From Chrysomallon squamiferum (taxonomy: Eukaryota; Animalia; Mollusca), in the NCBI GenBank assembly GCA_012295275.1, contig CM022668.1:496001-560000 (forward strand): 64,000 bases of DNA, given 5' to 3'. Of this stretch, positions 63,601 to 64,000 are shown piece after piece (the first letter of the stretch is position 1; every line of letters starts with the position of its first letter). The position numbers and the translations under genes are program-made. A model generated the notes under the pieces. That model did no database searches. It had not been told where the DNA came from and worked only from the letters and a program-made list of their open reading frames with translations.

Positions 63601-64000
63601 TCAGAATTATTATGTAGTATATGTTCCCTGTCTGTAAGAGCTGTATGTAAATAAAAATAGCATGACATCAGTTTTCCTCATTATCCTGAATACATGCACA
63701 TTAAAAATATTTTGTTTGTATCATTAAATTAAGATTCATTCTCTTTTTTTTTCATTTTTCTATTCAATAATTAATCAGTTGGTCCATTCATTCAGTTGTT
63801 ATATTGATATAGCAATTAATATAATTTGTCCATTTTAGAAACAAATCATTCTAACATCACTCCTTTATTCATATTTAATTCCTTAATTTATCTCTTTAGT
63901 CATTCCTTCATTTATTCCTTCCTTTTCTTCTTGCTGTACAACAGGCAGGACAGTCACTCAGACACATCATCATCAGTATCACAGACATCATACGACCCAC
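31552..64000 (+). CDS. PPP1R9A: Neurabin/spinophilin-like PP1 regulatory scaffold; 3'-partial, 18 core coding exons in window
   Basis: N-terminal [11 protein letters not shown] (neurabin actin-binding-like motif); [45 protein letters not shown] (PP1-binding); [65 protein letters not shown]; coiled coil [16 protein letters not shown]. Probably co-orthologous to PPP1R9A and PPP1R9B. Confidence 0.93.
34181..35052 (-). mobile_element. Sola2-like copy C, internally deleted
   Basis: GGGTCATTCCATGTCAAATCACCC..GGGTGATTTGACATGGAATGACCC; TSD TAAA; minus-strand remnant [39 protein letters not shown]. Confidence 0.88.
42130..42714. mobile_element. Tc2/pogo-like MITE with CCGTA termini
   Basis: TA|CCGTATATATTTGTGTACAAGGCA ... 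TCGACTTATACACAAGTATATACGG|TG; three internal TATGTATAAGTCGA copies; inserted in a TA run. Confidence 0.75.
44801..45165 (+). repeat. Near-perfect 180-bp tandem duplication
   Basis: CATTGTGTTCAGACTGGATGTG... at 44811 and 44991 with few mismatches. Confidence 0.95.
49914..49964. repeat. (TA)n microsatellite
   Basis: Direct reading. Confidence 0.95.
50299..50359. repeat. Compound (CT)n(GT)n microsatellite
   Basis: Direct reading; lies about 50 nt upstream of the acceptor at 50408. Confidence 0.95.
50408..50490 (+). CDS. PPP1R9A: Neurabin exon (phase 2-1), likely first common exon
   Basis: ttcag|...|gtatg; [28 protein letters not shown]. Confidence 0.82.
51146..51294 (+). CDS. PPP1R9A: Neurabin exon with PP1-docking RVxF motif
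   Basis: tatag|...|gtgtg; [23 protein letters not shown]...[14 protein letters not shown]. Confidence 0.9.
51320..51975. repeat. Degenerate minisatellite of GATGTAAAC-like units
   Basis: Many (g)atgtaaac / gtaaac / gtgatgt recurrences filling the intron. Confidence 0.65.
52112..52244 (+). CDS. PPP1R9A: Neurabin exon: PP1-binding domain
   Basis: gacag|...|gtttg; [44 protein letters not shown]. Confidence 0.96.
52303..52357. repeat. (TTA)n microsatellite
   Basis: Direct reading. Confidence 0.95.
52530..52650 (+). CDS. PPP1R9A: Neurabin exon: PDZ part 1
   Basis: cccag|...|gttat; [41 protein letters not shown]. Confidence 0.96.
53485..53589 (+). CDS. PPP1R9A: Neurabin exon: PDZ part 2
   Basis: tacag|...|gtaaa; [35 protein letters not shown]. 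Confidence 0.96.
53811..54075 (+). mobile_element. Fragment of the 5' region of the piggyBac-like element
   Basis: Colinear with about 60195-60460 (TGTGATCATT..ATAAATGACTGTCAGTTC..CCTTTTGCCTTTTTCTGAGAAC..ATTCAAGCT). Confidence 0.8.
54160..54385 (+). CDS. PPP1R9A: Neurabin exon: end of PDZ and helix
   Basis: tcaag|...|gttac; [28 protein letters not shown]. Confidence 0.9.
54641..54688. repeat. (AC)n microsatellite
   Basis: Direct reading. Confidence 0.95.
55357..55593 (+). CDS. PPP1R9A: Neurabin exon: acidic linker into coiled coil
   Basis: tatag|...|gtgag; VMEEQIHHE...[15 protein letters not shown]. Confidence 0.87.
56130..56183 (+). CDS. PPP1R9A: Neurabin exon: coiled coil
   Basis: tttag|...|gtaaa; [18 protein letters not shown]. 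Confidence 0.9.
56360..56488 (+). CDS. PPP1R9A: Neurabin exon: coiled coil
   Basis: tgtag|...|gtaca; [43 protein letters not shown]. Confidence 0.9.
56640..56761 (+). CDS. PPP1R9A: Neurabin exon: coiled coil
   Basis: ttcag|...|gtgag; [41 protein letters not shown]. Confidence 0.92.
57277..57373 (+). CDS. PPP1R9A: Neurabin exon: coiled coil
   Basis: ttcag|...|gtcag; [32 protein letters not shown]. Confidence 0.92.
57893..58037 (+). CDS. PPP1R9A: Neurabin exon: end of coiled coil
   Basis: tgtag|...|gtaag; [24 protein letters not shown]. Confidence 0.9.
58486..58575 (+). CDS. PPP1R9A: Neurabin exon: Ser-rich
   Basis: ttcag|...|gtaaa; 90 nt, phase 1-1; [30 protein letters not shown]. Confidence 0.82.
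59067..59236 (+). CDS. PPP1R9A: Neurabin exon
   Basis: tgtag|...|gtaaa; [34 protein letters not shown] resembles the neurabin LD.SA.K.RAQL..R.P motif. Confidence 0.88.
59338..59426 (+). CDS. PPP1R9A: Neurabin exon
   Basis: tgcag|...|gtaac; [29 protein letters not shown], phase 0-2. Confidence 0.82.
60027..61826 (+). mobile_element. Decayed piggyBac DNA transposon
   Basis: TTAA flanks at 60023-60026 and 61827-61830; degenerate TIR TCACGTGGGCCCAG / CTGGATCCAAGTGG; plus-strand remnants [47 protein letters not shown], and C-terminal Cys-rich [18 protein letters not shown]. Confidence 0.8.
63353..63520 (+). CDS. PPP1R9A: Neurabin exon
   Basis: ttcag|...|gtaac; 168 nt, phase 2-2; [16 protein letters not shown]...SDQSTQS. 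Confidence 0.8.
63945..64000 (+). CDS. PPP1R9A: Neurabin exon, truncated by the window end
   Basis: Pyrimidine tract + aacag|; phase 2; [18 protein letters not shown]. Confidence 0.75.

Noticed and set aside
1-64000. Prokaryotic-type systems (CRISPR array, defence operon, prophage)
   Set aside because: The sequence is spliced animal DNA; no regularly spaced repeat-spacer array or dense ORF packing is present

Overview
AT-rich, intron-rich animal genomic DNA, probably a lophotrochozoan such as a mollusc (inferred from composition and repeat content only). Two spliced protein-coding genes lie head-to-tail on the + strand. (1) The 3' part of an ANKIB1 orthologue: ankyrin, RING1-IBR-RING2, Ariadne domain, then a UIM/Zn-finger-like region and a long acidic tail; 19 coding exons traced in frame from 290 to the stop at 15500. 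(2) Most of a neurabin/spinophilin (PPP1R9A/B-like) gene: probable promoter near 20.2-20.3 kb, a 2-kb first coding exon, PP1-binding RVxF motif, PDZ and coiled coil, running off the window end. Introns carry decayed DNA transposons: three Sola2-like copies (one with ~630-bp TIRs nested in an older element), pogo/Tigger, Tc2-like, MULE-like and piggyBac. No prokaryotic system, CRISPR array, rRNA or tRNA was recognised, and most short ORFs in the track are spurious. Most notable: a set of phase-matched candidate alternative N-terminal exons for neurabin, including a start codon that is a uORF in one isoform and the main start in another; a duplicated splice acceptor in ANKIB1; and an interior inversion between Sola2-like copies. 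All exon calls were made by eye from GT-AG sites, frame continuity and remembered protein motifs.
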